This document shows positions 24,886-39,545 of a DNA stretch of 64,000 bases, in pieces. The position numbers were made by a program, and so were the translations under genes. Location: NCBI GenBank assembly GCA_951406725.2, contig OX597818.1, forward strand, positions 9,052,001 to 9,116,000, in the 5' to 3' direction. This stretch comes from Octopus vulgaris (lineage: Eukaryota). The notes under the pieces are model-generated. The model searched no databases. It saw only the letters and a program-made list of their open reading frames with translations, and was not told the DNA's origin. Within the stretch, counting starts at the first letter, position 1. The number at the start of each line of letters is the position of its first letter.

Positions 24886-27800
24886 ACTTGCGTCATCTGG
24901 ATTTGAAAGACGGCCATCCATAATTTTCTATAATCTGAAATTACGAATATTGTAACGTACCACACATTTTTAATAAAGAGAGCAATGAATTAAATTAGCT
25001 TCTATGCTAATCGATGTGAGCTTATATTAAGAATTCCGGAGAGTGACATATAAATTTGATAGTGGTACTATTTGAACTCGGCCTATAAAGAAAGGTGACA
25101 TCAAAAATAACGTTAGATATTTTTCAGGCCTCCATCTGTTTCTTTCACCGTTTTCCTTCCTAAAATATTCAATGCTGATTCTGTTAAATCATATTTAGCA
25201 GTTTACGTTTGGCTAGTTGGTAGGGCTATATATAAGGTAATATATCGAATTAATTTCTTTATACCTAGTCATGTTCATCGTACAAATTGGGTCGATTTTT
25301 ATTTGAGCATTTCCTTTCTATCGGAGTCGATACGATCGATTATTTGCGTAACAGACGTGTGGCACCGTTTCAAATATATGCTTTTGAATTGGTTTGCTTA
25401 CTGTCATTCACTTGTTGTTATTAAATTCATTTTGTAAGATACTATGGTATTAATACCAGTCACTAAAATATTGTACGGCTGTTATTCTAGCTGAGGTTGT
25501 ACTATTTTTACTAAAGAACACTTTTTTAAATGTCACTATAGAAAAATATATTACGCCGTCTCTATTATAATAACATTAGGTAACTTGTGTGGTTGATTTG
25601 GACAAATTATTGGGCAATTCCAATTGTTTCATATTGCAAACCACCCAACTCTCTCTCTCTCTCTCTCTCTTATTCTCTGACTGTTTATCAGTCTTTTTTG
25701 CACTCTCTCTCTCCCTCTCTTTCTTCTTTTCATTCTCTCACCGTAGATAATTCGCTTGAGATATTTAAGTTGGTAAAAATACATGTCATTCGAAATAACA
25801 ATAAAGACGTCTGCTGGAAGCACTAAGTATGGAATTAATTTATTACAAGTGATTTTATTTTATTTCATTTAGACAAATTTTGGCGTATTTTATCCCTTCA
25901 AATCATTGTGAACTCTGCGTTTTCGCTTCATTAATGAAACTTAAACTTTAAATAAATTGGATAGTAGAATCCCAAAAAATAAATCAATCAGCATACTCAT
26001 TGCAACTAAAGGGAAAGGAACGAAGATTAATTAAAACCTAAGCGACCAAAATTGTTCGATGTTATTTGTTTTTCTTCAGAAATCTTTTAGGTTCCTCTTT
26101 CTCCTGTAGTTTCCGTATTTCAATTTATTTGTGGCATTATCTCGGATCAAGCAATTTATCACTTTCTTGAAATATCAGAAAGCCATTTGTCCTTTGGCAC
26201 CAGTTGCTTTTCTGTTATTAGTTGCTTCGTTATTTTAATGTATTTGACTTTATTTTTCAGGATTGTATTTTATTTTGCGTTGCTTTTGTAATTTTGCCAG
26301 AGAGGGTATTACTCATTAGTTTTAAATTATCTCAGTTAATTTCATTCTTCGGCAATGCAAAACTATGTCAAATTCACCGACTGTTGGGTGAAAAAGATAG
26401 AAACTCTTAACTATTCAAACAAAATTTCCTTAAACAGTATGGGATATAATTTGTAAATTGACTTTAGCAGATCATTATCTACCACAATGAACAAGAGGCA
26501 CACGATTTAGTTCTGCACAGAGTAATGGCCGTCTTGATAGAATCTGTGCAATTGTTTTGCATTTTGTTACTTAGTAATAGTATTTGATAAGAGAATTAAT
26601 ATTCTTATTGCTGATTTTTTTTCAATTCTCTATACTTTAGACTTGTTTGCTTTCAATATAATTAGATCAGTTTATAAATTCCTTTCTCTCGAACCGACTT
26701 TGATTAAAACATGTTTATTTAGGTGATTTTTTTAAATATTTGTTTTATGTATTCAATATTCTTTGTCAACTTTTTTTTATGCTTCAATGGTTTTTATTAC
26801 TGGTGTATTTTGTTCTAAAATTTTGTAGTCCATCATTTCTTTTAAATCGACATTAAATATTCAGATAGTCTTATAAAGAAAATGTAAATGAAGTAAATGT
26901 AAAATGCTAAGGTAAAAAAAAAGGGACAGCTTTTAATTAAGACACAATTGGACGGTCAATTTACTTCTTGATTTTCTGTTATTTACAAAGTTTCTAAAAA
27001 ATTTCCAATTTGCTAAAACATTGCATGAAAAAGAAATAAATGAAATACTGGTTTTGACATTTCATCATTTTCTGAAAATTTTCCATGTTATCAAAATGAC
27101 TAATTGAAAAGGAAACAAAAAGTAAGGAAAGGCTTTATTTTTTTCTAATGTTATTTTTTTACTACATATATACACGTAATAACATAAAAATGACATTCAT
27201 ACATAATTTTTATTAATATCTTTTTATTAAACATGAAGCCAATATTTAAAATTACATGATTAATGATATTTTCCATCTTTGTGTAAAAATGACTATCTAT
27301 TTATTTTCATGTTTTATTTCTCCTGATTAAAATTTTACATTTGTAACTCTTTTGCTATAGTCATGGTTTCAGTCAGTGAAAAACTTTTAAACTTTTGATA
27401 ATATTTTTCGTTTTGATTTAGTTAGAAAGTATGCAGCTAGTATTCTATAATATATTTCAATGTTTTCAATGGAATTTATAGTTGCTTTTATTGATTTCTA
27501 GTCCCTTCGACTTATATAAGTAACATGCAAAATTTAAAATCTTGATCTTCGCACGTGTAGGGATACTATTTTAAACAAATACTCTGAAATAAATTTCTGC
27601 TATATTTACCCCAAAAATGAGGGACAAAAGACTAACCTAGAAAGCATCCCTTCATTGCATTATGTTCGAGCTATTTTCGGATTTCCACACTGCGCTGCTT
27701 AGAGTGTTAATTATCATATTACAAATGGCGTCAGGCCAAAGACAAAATGCAGTTCTCCTCTTAGGATACAGACCACGACCTTCAACATGCAAGCCTTTAA

Positions 27801-29304
27801 TTCATTGTCGCACTCAGTAAAAGATTCAGTACGTACTTATTTTCTCTTTGATCGTTGTTGGAAAACGAAGAGTTAGCAGTATCACAATGTTGGTTAGAAT
27901 TATTTGTGTTGTTTGTTTCGACATCCTGCGTTCAGAATTCAAATCTCCCCGAGTACAATCTCTTCTGAAGCCTAATAGATCGATGAACAAATTACTTTAC
28001 TTATGAAATAGATTGACGAATTGTTACAGCATCTTGCTATGAGCTTTGCCGAAGTATCCTGTTTCCAAATCCCTCTGCCACACACAGAAAAAACCTGTGA
28101 TACCATTTCTCAGGAAATTTCCACTGACAGTTTCATGTGTATAAGCAAAAGATCACCTGTCACAACAACCATCATCTTTGTCTACGAAGTGTTAGATATT
28201 AATTGAAGCCATCCAATATTTGTTACTTTTGTTGTTATTGATGTAGTTGTTGAGCTACATGTGACACAATAACAGCCCTGTGATGGAAAAAAACAATTTG
28301 GTCATTTATACAAAAAGCTCTAACTGTTCATAACCAATGCGTCTTTTCATTTATGTAGCTAATGTCAGACACGTTACAGTGTACTCCGAAGCTCAAAGAT
28401 TGTTTTCAAAGATTACAAATACCTGTAACATGAATCCGTGTGACAGACTCTCTGGAAAAGCCCGTCGGTTTCGATGTATGGGGCTCTGACAACGTACATC
28501 TCTCTTTGTCAGTCATAATGCTTAAGTCGAATGTGAATTTAAGTCCTGCCAACGATTTTCAAAGGAGGCCACAGATGTTGAAATTATGAGGATTACCGGT
28601 CAGTGCTGGTGGTTTATTTGCAGCCGCTTTTCTCCGAAGCCTGATAATGCTAGTTGTAACAAGGTTTTTAATACCATTTTGATACGACGATCTCCATTTT
28701 GTTCGTTCGAAGGCTGTTTGCCCAAAGGTCTTCGGATCTATCTTCATCTCTAAGAGGTTACTCTTCAGCCTGTCCTCATATCTGAGCAATAGTCGACCAA
28801 AATTCCTGTGCCCATCTTCAAGTTGGCTGCACATGAGGACTTTGTGTATTGTTTCGACACTCATTCTGAGGGCATGGCCAGCCCAGCACAATGGTGATTG
28901 TATAAGGAATCTCTCAATTCCACTTAACAAACAATCGGTATTAGTAACTTTGTCATAGTGAATAACCGCAGATTTTCCTTAGTTTTTGTGGAGGATTTCT
29001 AATTGATTAATGTATCGTCTACAGGGTATCGTGATTTTGAGCCATACAAGAGAGAAGTAAGAATGGCTGCTTTATAGACCCGTACTTTGGTGTCAAGTTT
29101 GATGCTTCTTTCATTCAATAGGTGATGACAGAGTTTGCCAAATGCATTGGTTGCCTTTGCAAGATGGTTGATGATTTCATCATTCATCAAGGAAAGTACA
29201 GAAATTCACTTTACTACCAAGATATGTAAATGACTTCACATAATTTAGGCTTTTCCCATCAACCTGTATAGGAGTGTCAGGAAAATTGTGAACCGCTGTC
29301 CTCT

Positions 29305-31200
29305 GCAGGGAATCTTTCCACCTATATACAGAAACGATATTCCACGATGATTATCACAGACATATCTGTTGCTTTGTTCTTATAGAGATGTTGAATTGTG
29401 AGGTATACTGGTATATAAATTAAATACATCAAATGAAACCATGATTGTTTCTTCCTTGAAATTTTTGGGAGGTGATTTAACATAATGAGAAAGTTGGTAT
29501 GTTAAAGCACGTAGTTTGATGTATAAAAGACAAAATAGAGTGAAAAAACTACAGAAGGCTTGTGTTATATGGTTAAAGAATATATTTAAATATTTTTGTT
29601 AGAAAAATGGGATAAAAATTTGCGTATAATAACATTGCTTTTGGAGAAATAAATGTTTTCGTATTTTCTTTTCAAATTTCTTTACCTACATTGTGTTATC
29701 TCTTCGTTATGTTGTGAAATATGGAGTTCCAGACAGGGGGAGGTAATCAGGGATTTTGTTGGTATAAGGGAGATAATCAAAAATGTTGGGAATGACTAGG
29801 CTTTATTAATTTAACGTGATTTGGTTTAGAAGGAATATAATGTTACAAGTGGTTAGGTTTTGCTTTATATTTTTTCAATGGGGTGAGGTTCCTTATCTAA
29901 AGATGTTTGAAATGGTTAAGCTTTGGCTTATACTTTTCAAAAGGCAGATTATAAATGAAGACATTAAAAAAATCACCAAAGACATACATACATACACCAA
30001 ACCCAGGGGACCTAAAATTACAACCCATTATAGCTGGCCCAGCCTGTGAAACAGACAGACAGACTAAGACAATTTATGGACATCCTCCTGAAACCCTTCC
30101 TTAAACACATCAATAGCCATATCAGAGATGACTTGGATATGTTAAATCACCTCCCAAATAAGTCAAAGAAGAAACAGTCATGGTTTCATTTGATGTAATT
30201 AATTTATATACCAATATACCTCATAATTATGGGCTACAGGCAATTCAGTTCTGGCTGAACCAATTTCCGGAAGGAATACCAGAAAGAATCAAGAATTCAT
30301 AATTGAATCGTTTGAATTCGTCCTACGAAATAAACACTTCCTGTTTGACAATACGTTTTATCGACAAGAATCCTGAATTGCCATGGGCACTAGAGCAGCT
30401 CCAGTCATTGCGAACATAACAAAGGTCTATCAGGAAATAATAATATACCAGGAATCTTTATCTACCTTTTGAAACCCCCTTTCCTAATACATAAAAGAAA
30501 ATTGGAAAGGATTCCTAGAGGACCGTTTAATACTTGGAATGAAAACACAGACAAACGCCTGAAATTCAAAGGACTATTGAACAGCGTCAACGCAAACATA
30601 CAATTCACAATGGAGTACAACGAAAATGAGCTCCCATTCTTAGATACAATAATTAAAAAAGAAACTAAAAATGTAAATTGACATATTTTACAAAACTACA
30701 GATGCCAAACAATATCTACTATTTAATTCATGCCACCCAAGACACACCAAAACAAATATCCCACTCAACCTTGCAAGAAGGATATGGACAATAGTGTCAG
30801 AAAAAATACGAGAGACTTTAGACTGCAAGAACTGAAAAACACCCAAATTGACACACACTACCCAGTTCAACTCATAGAGGATGGAATCAGACGTGCAACA
30901 CAAATCGACATAGAAACCTTAAGAAAAGTTCTATACATCAACACACCTTCCCCGAAAATACTGCCGTATATATCCACATACAACCTCAGAAACAAAGAAA
31001 CCTTCACCACATCATCCAAAATTTACCGATGCTACTTAAGGACTCCAACTTTAAGGAAATTTTACACACACATAAGATCATTAAAAGCCACACAGGTAAA
31101 ATTATTTTCTGAAATAACGGACGCAAAAGGGAAAAAATGTAGTCAACCAAATTGCGCAACATGCCCAAACCTTTTAGAAGGATCAGAATTCCTTTTCAAA
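29305..31200 (+). mobile_element. Penelope-like element fragment nested in the RTE, with inverted 5' part
   Basis: Plus strand 29950-31200: VSFDVINLYTNIP, IAMGTRAAP, IQFTMEYNENELPFLD, KQYLLFNSCHP, CSQPNCATC. Minus strand from about 29935 gives the ORF end KYKPKLN plus a 3' region. 29392-29503 is an inverted copy of about 30139-30228. Confidence 0.85.
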
Positions 31201-33971
31201 GAGAGACTCCATTGCATGTCCTAAAGCGTGTGTACCAAAAGTACGCAATCGTCTGCAAAGAGCAAATCTTGAACTGTTTGCATCGAAGTCTTAGTTTTTG
31301 CTTTGAAGCGCTGATGGTTGAATAAGCCGCCATTTCTGTGCTTAAACTTTGCTTTTTCTTGAACACCTTCGAACGCTGTTTCCAATGTGACGGAGAAATA
31401 CAAAGCAAATAAGAGTGGTACAAGAACACAACCATTTGAAACCGTGAATGAAGTGGACACTTCCCTGCTCTATCTGACAAAATCCATCATCCACTGATCG
31501 AAAGAAATGCTGACATTGAGCATCATTTCTGTAACACCTAGCTTTCTAAGGACAACCCAAAGAACATCCCTAGATACGGTGTCGAAAGCTTTAGTTAAAT
31601 CTACAAAAGTGACAAACAGATTTTGGTTTTGCTCACGAGCGTTTTTCTGCTGCTGCCTTAGGCTAAAAACATCTACTGTGCCTCTATCAACCCGAAATCC
31701 ACACTGAGATTCAGGCAACATTAAACTGGCAAGGGCATCATTTAGTTATTTAAGGTAACCCTTCCAAGGACCTCCCAGCAACACACAAAGGGGAGATTAC
31801 CTCTATCGTTGTCATTCATATTTGTTACCGATGTGCTTATAAAGATGGACAATAGAAGCGTCTTTGAATTCCTGCGGGACTGATCCTGATTTCCCGATTG
31901 ATGAGGAGAGTTCACATAATTTGATACCAGTACATATCTCTACTGGTATGCCATCGTTCCCAAGAGACTTTCTATTCGTGAGCTGTTTTATGGCCGTTTT
32001 AATTTCAGCATTTGATGGAGCAACTGACAGTTCTTCAAGGACAGGTCTTTGTGGTAGATCGATGGTCAGTTCATCAACAATTGCGTCCATATTCAGAACA
32101 TTTGAAAAGTGCTCTACCCAGCACATCATGATCTTTTTAATTGTCAAAAGATTACCTTCAGTTAAAAGTGTGAGAGTTGAGCCACCAGACACAGGTCCAA
32201 AAGCATCCTTTAAATTCTGGTAGAATTACTTGAAGTCACATCTGTCCTCAGCATCTTGCAATTCTTCCGCCTTCCTTTGCCACAATATCTGTGTCGTTTG
32301 TCTCAGTTGAGATTGGCATGTATTTCTGCCCTTTTTAAGCTCATTGTGTTTTCTGGCGTTATTTCTATTTGACATCCATTGACAGTGGCACTTGTGCATA
32401 TTATTTAAAAGAGGAGCGATGTTTGGAACATATGAGTCAAACCAATCTTGGCGCTTCCTCTTAACATACCCAAGTGTTTCACAAAATAGCTCAAATACAG
32501 CATTTTTAAAGGGATACCATGCTGATTTAATATCTGTTGTCTGAAATGTTAGAAAGTTTGTCACAGGTTGTTTGAAATGAGGTTAAATTCTCATTGTTCC
32601 TCAGCTTTGTGACATCCACATTTCGAATTGGTCGAGGGCGATTGCTATGAATAAGACTGCGGATAGTAAAATTCACCTTTCATCGTACTAATCTGTGGTC
32701 ATACCACCAAACCCCAATGGAGAAAGAACGTGTTATTTGGAACGTGTTACTTCCCTCATGTAAGACCTCACAATTATTTAATCAATTATGTAATTGTTTG
32801 ATTGGGGATGCTTCCAGATAGTTTTGTGGTGGTTGGAGAGTTGAAAAATAGTATTGGAAATCATAAGTCCATACACACTGCAGAACGATAGCAACAGATG
32901 GTCATATGATTTTGCCTTGCCAACCCCATGCTTCCCAATTACGTCACCCCTCGTAGCTGTATCACAACCTAAACATGCATTGAAATCACCAAGTAGGAGA
33001 AGTTTATCATGGATGGAGACAACTGCTTTTGTTTATTTCATTTGAGTTGATGGTTGGAGCATAGCAGCTGAAAATAGTTGTATATTTATTTTTGCCAATG
33101 CAGATGCGCAATGACATGAGTCTTTCTTTAATGCCAACAGGCTGGGATTCAAGTTGTATCACCAAGTCATTCCGAAATCCAACAGCTGCCTCTTTCATTA
33201 CTTACCATTCCGGAAAAAGTCTATCCATCATCAGTTTCCTGTAGTTGAACACAGTTCCCTAATCTACGTTCTATATTTTTCCTGCTGTTCCGAAGAGTTC
33301 TCACATTCCAAGATGCAATAAAAATGTTTTTTCTTTTCAATTTGCTTAATTTTCTGGTGCAGGTTGAGGTGCCCTGTCATTTGCACTTAATGACACGGTG
33401 TAATGCGAGTAAACAATTTTAGGGTCGCATTTTCTTGACCTCGCCTCCATAGGAGAAAAGCAGCGTCATCCTGGACTTCCTTTGTTGTAAAAGGAGGACA
33501 TGTATTAAACAATTACCCGCAGATGTTGTGTAGAGCAGCCATCTACTTTTCACCATCTACGTGCAAAGTTCAAGCTAAGAACTTCTAGGGACATACTTCC
33601 GCTGTTATCGTCGCTATCCCTTCATTGTCATGGGATTTTAACTTTTTTAGATCGGGAGTACACTTTCACCATCAAAACATGATGATGGTGATATTTGCTT
33701 ATCGTATTTTACTGAACTACCTGCACACTGTTTTGTTTATAAGGGTCATCGCTTCTGCACCACAATGCACACTCATTACATCAAAACAGCATTTACCTGT
33801 ACTAGTGCACAGTGTTCCACGTGCCAGATGCTAAATTGATTGCAGATTTGAGATCAGAGGGGCCTTCTGCTAGTCTAGTTGTTCAAAAGCTACACATCCG
33901 ACAATGCCCTATAAATAAGGAGATGCTGATAGAGCACATCAACTAAAGAAACCGTCAACAACCACAAACCT

Positions 33972-34038
33972 GGTTTTATACCAAAGCTTTCCTTCTCCTA
34001 GATGGGTTGCCCTCATAATGGCTAAGGAGCTCCATCTA
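33972..34038 (-). other. structured motif at the RTE 5' terminus (predicted pseudoknot)
   Basis: TAGATGG AG CTCC TTA GCC attatgag GGC AAC CCATCTA GGAG AAGGAAAGCTTTGGTATAAAACC: TAGATGG/CCATCTA, GCC/GGC, and CTCC/GGAG crossing the first stem. Confidence 0.5.
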
Positions 34039-34064
34039 AACTATATATATGTGTGCATATATAC

Positions 34065-34121
<57 letters not shown>

Positions 34122-34394
34122 CACACACGCAAGGTGGTATTTAAATAGTTAGCACGCCAACATATGACAGGATGCTTTGGCGTGCAAAGTGCGAGCTACC
34201 AGTGCGTTTTGTGTGGCAATGCACCAAGTGACATTGCTTTGTTTACTTCGCAACTTGTAAAAGTTATGTCTCTGTAATCACGTGTATGGTGGGTGACCTG
34301 CCACGAGCGTCACCGTGGAAAATGAGGAGAAAATTCACCAGCTTGTAGCTTGTGCATGAGAAGTGTCGGAGGACAATGAACGACATTGCTGATG

Positions 34395-34782
34395 TTATTC
34401 TTTTCTATTCTAGGCACAGGGCACAAAACTTTGGGGGAGAGGGCCACTCGATTAGATCGACACCATACACAACAGGTACTTTATTTATCGAACACGAAAG
34501 GATGAAAGGCAACGTCGACCTCAGCGGAATTTGACTTAGAACCTAAAGACAGACGAAATACCTATTTCTTTACTACTCACAACGGGCTAAACACAGAGGA
34601 AAAGCAATGACAGATAAACGGATTAAGTCGATTATATCGACCCCAGTGCTTAACTGGTACTTAATTTATCGACCCCGAAAGGATGAAAGGCAAAGTCGAC
34701 CTCGGCGGAATTTGAATTCAGAACGTAACGGCAGACAAAATACGGCTACGCATTTCGCCCGGTGTACTAAAGTTTCCGCTAA
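34395..34782 (-). mobile_element. two tandem SINE copies (second family)
   Basis: GAAAGGATGAAAGGCAA.GTCGACCTC.GCGGAATTTGA occurs at about 34496 and 34677; homologous to 15669-15901. Confidence 0.85.
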
Positions 34783-34929
34783 TGTTATTGTTCTGGTGAA
34801 TGGATCTGTGCAGGCAAATCTAATTTCTGAATTCTTCACAACGACAAATTACTCGTGTGTTTCTCGCCAAATGGTACATGGTATCGCTTCACGAGTTATT
34901 TTATATTAAACATAAATGGCCCGGGAACT

Positions 34930-34982
<53 letters not shown>

Positions 34983-36434
34983 ACAGGGGTTCTTGAATGT
35001 GCGTATGTGTTTCCGTCTGTATGACTCTCTGTGTGTCTGTTTGTCTGTGTTTCTGTGTGTTTCTCTATGTATGTGTTTACGTGTGTATTTCGATACGTGT
35101 TGTCGAAAGCAAACAAAAGGTGTTGTTTTTTGTAATTTTTATATCTCGTAAATTATTTTGTAATTTGATTTAAAGATTTCGACAAAATGAAACCACACTG
35201 GAGTGGATCTGTGCAATTAAAAGACTGAAGTTACTCCGACGCATAACTGCAGTCCCATGACTGACACCAGTAAAGAAATGAAAGTACAAAATAATTAGAA
35301 CGCCAGAAGATATTGAAAGTGATAGTCAACTAATATGTACGGTTGTGGAGTGCCGATAAATCAATAACTGTAAAATTAACTAAAGTATCCAAAAGACATG
35401 ATAACATATTGATATCTAATATACCATTAATTATTGATTTATTGGTTTCTATTATTAAGATAAATTGCTATGAATTGAAGAGTATTGGCCATATGTGTTA
35501 GAATAGCTATACGACCTATGTACTAATGAAGGGAAGGGGAATAGCAGAAGCTAGAGATATATTATATAAGTCGAGCCAAACAATAATTCTGTACGCGATC
35601 ACTAGTCATGCAATAAAATAGCAGTCAAACCATCATTAAATTAAATCCTTCTGTCATAAACAAGGAAAGGTGCATATGATAATGGATATACTATATTTGA
35701 GGTAAAGTAGATTTGTACTATAGGTTAAACTGTGTAACGATTGGTCTATTATGTTAATTTTTATTTGACGTCCAAGAACAACTGTTTTAAAAAGTGATAT
35801 CATGCTTATTATATTATGTGTTTTACGTATTCTTAGGATTTATTCTGGCAATCGTTTCCACATTTTCTTTGAATAAAATGATGTGTCATTGAATATCTAT
35901 AACTAGCATGTTTCTCGCAAATTCGAATACTAGGTCTACGATGTCTATCGGCCTTGTGTATCCAGCTGCAATATGTTAGGCATCTGATAAAAATGCACTT
36001 TAAATATTCTACTTTTATATAGCATTATCTTCATACAACCATCTGTATATGAAAAGAAATCTCGCAGTCATTTTTGAACATCATAAAGATTCATAATTGT
36101 CGTTTATACTTCGGCATGATTTACACAGCTCGAAGCAGCATATGATCTGATAATTAAGAAAATCTCTCGCTAGTGATAGCTACTTTACAAAGTATTTGGT
36201 TATAAATATTTATTTCAGATAATTTCCGCAAAAGTTGGTTTTATGATTTCAAGCACTCTCCTCGAAATGGTTTAATTCCTCGAAACAGAAACCTTAGTTC
36301 CTATAATTAAAATGCTGTAACCCCAAAACATGTGAAACATCCATACATTTCTTCTAGTTTCTCCAACAATAATCAAACAGGTAAGATCTGCAAATGTCAT
36401 ACAAACATACATACATACATACTTACATTTATAC

Positions 36435-36515
<81 letters not shown>

Positions 36516-37462
36516 CAGTTCCGAGATTATCGAAGGTAGAATAGTTAATAAACTTATAAAATTCCTTATTTTACTTGATTTATTTAATATAGAACGAATG
36601 GATGCTCTTGCTCTTTCGCAGCAGTTTTATATTTTCTGTCTAAATTTGCATTATGCAAAGAAGAATATTTAGATCAAGTGAAAATCTAAAAGTATGATTT
36701 TCCATAATTCTTATTGATTTTATTTTTTGCTCACACTAAAAATCGTATGATTTGATTTCACGAATGCAAGTTATTAATAATTTATATTTTGACTTGCATT
36801 GATTTGAAAGATCGCACTAATTCCCCTTCTTCAATTGATCGGTGGGTTTGGACTTCAGTAGATGCTTAGCAAAATCAAAAATTAAAGAAAATCTTCCGAT
36901 TTCAAAAAATAACGTATTTTCGCATTTTGTTTGAATTCTATTTGTTTCAATGTTTGTGCAGTTTGCTATTGCGCATTTCTTGGAGCTTACATTTCTTACT
37001 TTAATTTTGTATTGCTACGTGCATTATTATTAAGAATAACTGTTGATCACATGTAAACATCTTCTTCTGGTTTTGTATATATCACAAATATTTTGCTTAT
37101 AGCAATTCCATTTTTTCATAATACTTGCATCAATACATTTCATAATTTGCATGAACTCATTACCCATCGACCAAAACTTAATCTATATTTAAACTATATA
37201 ATGTTCTCTTTATCTGCATTGTCATTAAGTTGGAAAAATATTAAAATTTTATGCTCTTAGCATTTAAACAGTTTATAATTATTTCTTAGACTTTACCATT
37301 TATAGTGTGTAGAAATTATCGCTCTTGTCTACGAGGTGGTTTATGCAGTACATTATATCATTTCCGATATTTGTGTTTCTTATTCTTCGCTGTATATTCA
37401 AATGTACGTACACGCACACATGCATACCCAATCATAAGTAAATGTGCCTATGCGTGCGCGTG

Positions 37463-37556
<94 letters not shown>

Positions 37557-37761
37557 GAAGACGGAAGATGGAAGATACAAGAATGTTCATTGATCGCAAT
37601 AAACATTCGATCCATCAAGCATGGCTTCTTCATGGGTGGGGTACTGAGCAACTGGCTTAGGAGTATCTGTTGATGTCGATGTGTCTCTTCAGGTGATTAC
37701 TAGATGTATCTTGTTAAAATAACATTTGTTCCATAATACTTTGTCACGGCACGTCTGTATG

Positions 37762-37790
<29 letters not shown>

Positions 37791-37792
<2 letters not shown>

Positions 37793-37956
37793 GCGCAGGA
37801 GTGGCTGTGTGGTAAGTAGCTTGTTTACCAACCACATGGTTCCGGGTTCAGTCCCACTGCGTGGCCCCTTGGGCAAGTGTCTTCTACTATAGACTAGGGC
37901 CGACCAAAGCCTTGTGAGTGGATTTGGTAGACGGAAACTGAAAGAAGCCCGTCGTA

Positions 37957-37999
<43 letters not shown>

Positions 38000-38214
38000 G
38001 TGTGTTTGTGTGTCTGTGTTTGTCCCCCTAGCATTGCTTGACAACTGATGCTGGTGTGTTTATGTCCCCGTTACTTAGCGGTTCGGCAAAAGAGACCGAT
38101 AGAATAAGTACTGGGCTTACAAAAGAATAAGTCCCGGGGTCGAGCTGCTCGATTAAAAGCGGTGCTCCAGCATCACCGCAGTCAAATGACTGAAACAATT
38201 AAAAGAGTAAAAGA

Positions 38215-38216
<2 letters not shown>
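37791..38216 (+). mobile_element. full-length tRNA-derived SINE (first family)
   Basis: A-box-like TGGCTGTGTGG, B-box-like GGTTCAGTCCC, internal (TA)/(GT) microsatellite, and a (TAAAAGAG)n tail; several homologues in the window. Confidence 0.9.
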
Positions 38217-38258
<42 letters not shown>

Positions 38259-38302
38259 TTACATATATATATATATATACATATATATACACATATGTAT
38301 AT

Positions 38303-38582
38303 GTCACGTGACCGACCAGACCATCAGATGTTGTTACACATTGCTGGTCACAATGCGTTCGAATGACGCTACCCAGCTAGCTAAGCGAGCAGGCCAACAG
38401 ACGAAAGAGTGAGAGAAAGAGTGGCGAAAGAGTACAGCAGGGATCACCACCCCTTGCCGGAGCGTCGTGGAGCTTTTAGGTGTTTTCGCTCAATAAACAC
38501 ACACAACGCCCGGTCTGGGAATCGAAACCGCGATCCTACAACCGCGAGTCCGCTGCCCTAACCACTGGGCCATTGCGCCTCC
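38303..38582 (-). mobile_element. tRNA-derived SINE (third family)
   Basis: Minus strand GGAGGCGCAATGGCCCAGTGGTTAGGGCAGCGG...GGTTTCGATTCCC has clear A and B boxes followed by a non-tRNA body. Confidence 0.85.
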
Positions 38583-38605
38583 ATATGTATATTTATATGC
38601 ATATA

Positions 38606-39545
<940 letters not shown>

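Larger units (their letters stand above)
28460..34040 (-). mobile_element. near full-length degenerate RTE-clade LINE (APE + RT), interrupted at about 29305-31200
   Basis: APE: TIFSCYAPT and GDFNA-like. RT: LPESQCGFR, FVDLTKAFDTVSR, DLLFADDC, FTYLGS, LLYGS, WAGH. C-terminal ICG zinc-finger remnant. About 3.7 kb once the insert is removed. Confidence 0.9.

Noticed and set aside
34130-34390. Possible mariner-type terminal fragment
   Set aside because: No matching second TIR or transposase sequence found nearby.
37590-37740. CTGAAGA on the minus strand
   Set aside because: No stem II or GAAA follows; more likely a tiny decayed GIY-YIG coding remnant (TDTPKPVAQ), too short to call.
38500-38582. 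Possible tRNA gene
   Set aside because: A and B boxes are present, but there is no complete acceptor stem and it continues into a repeat body; treated as a SINE head.
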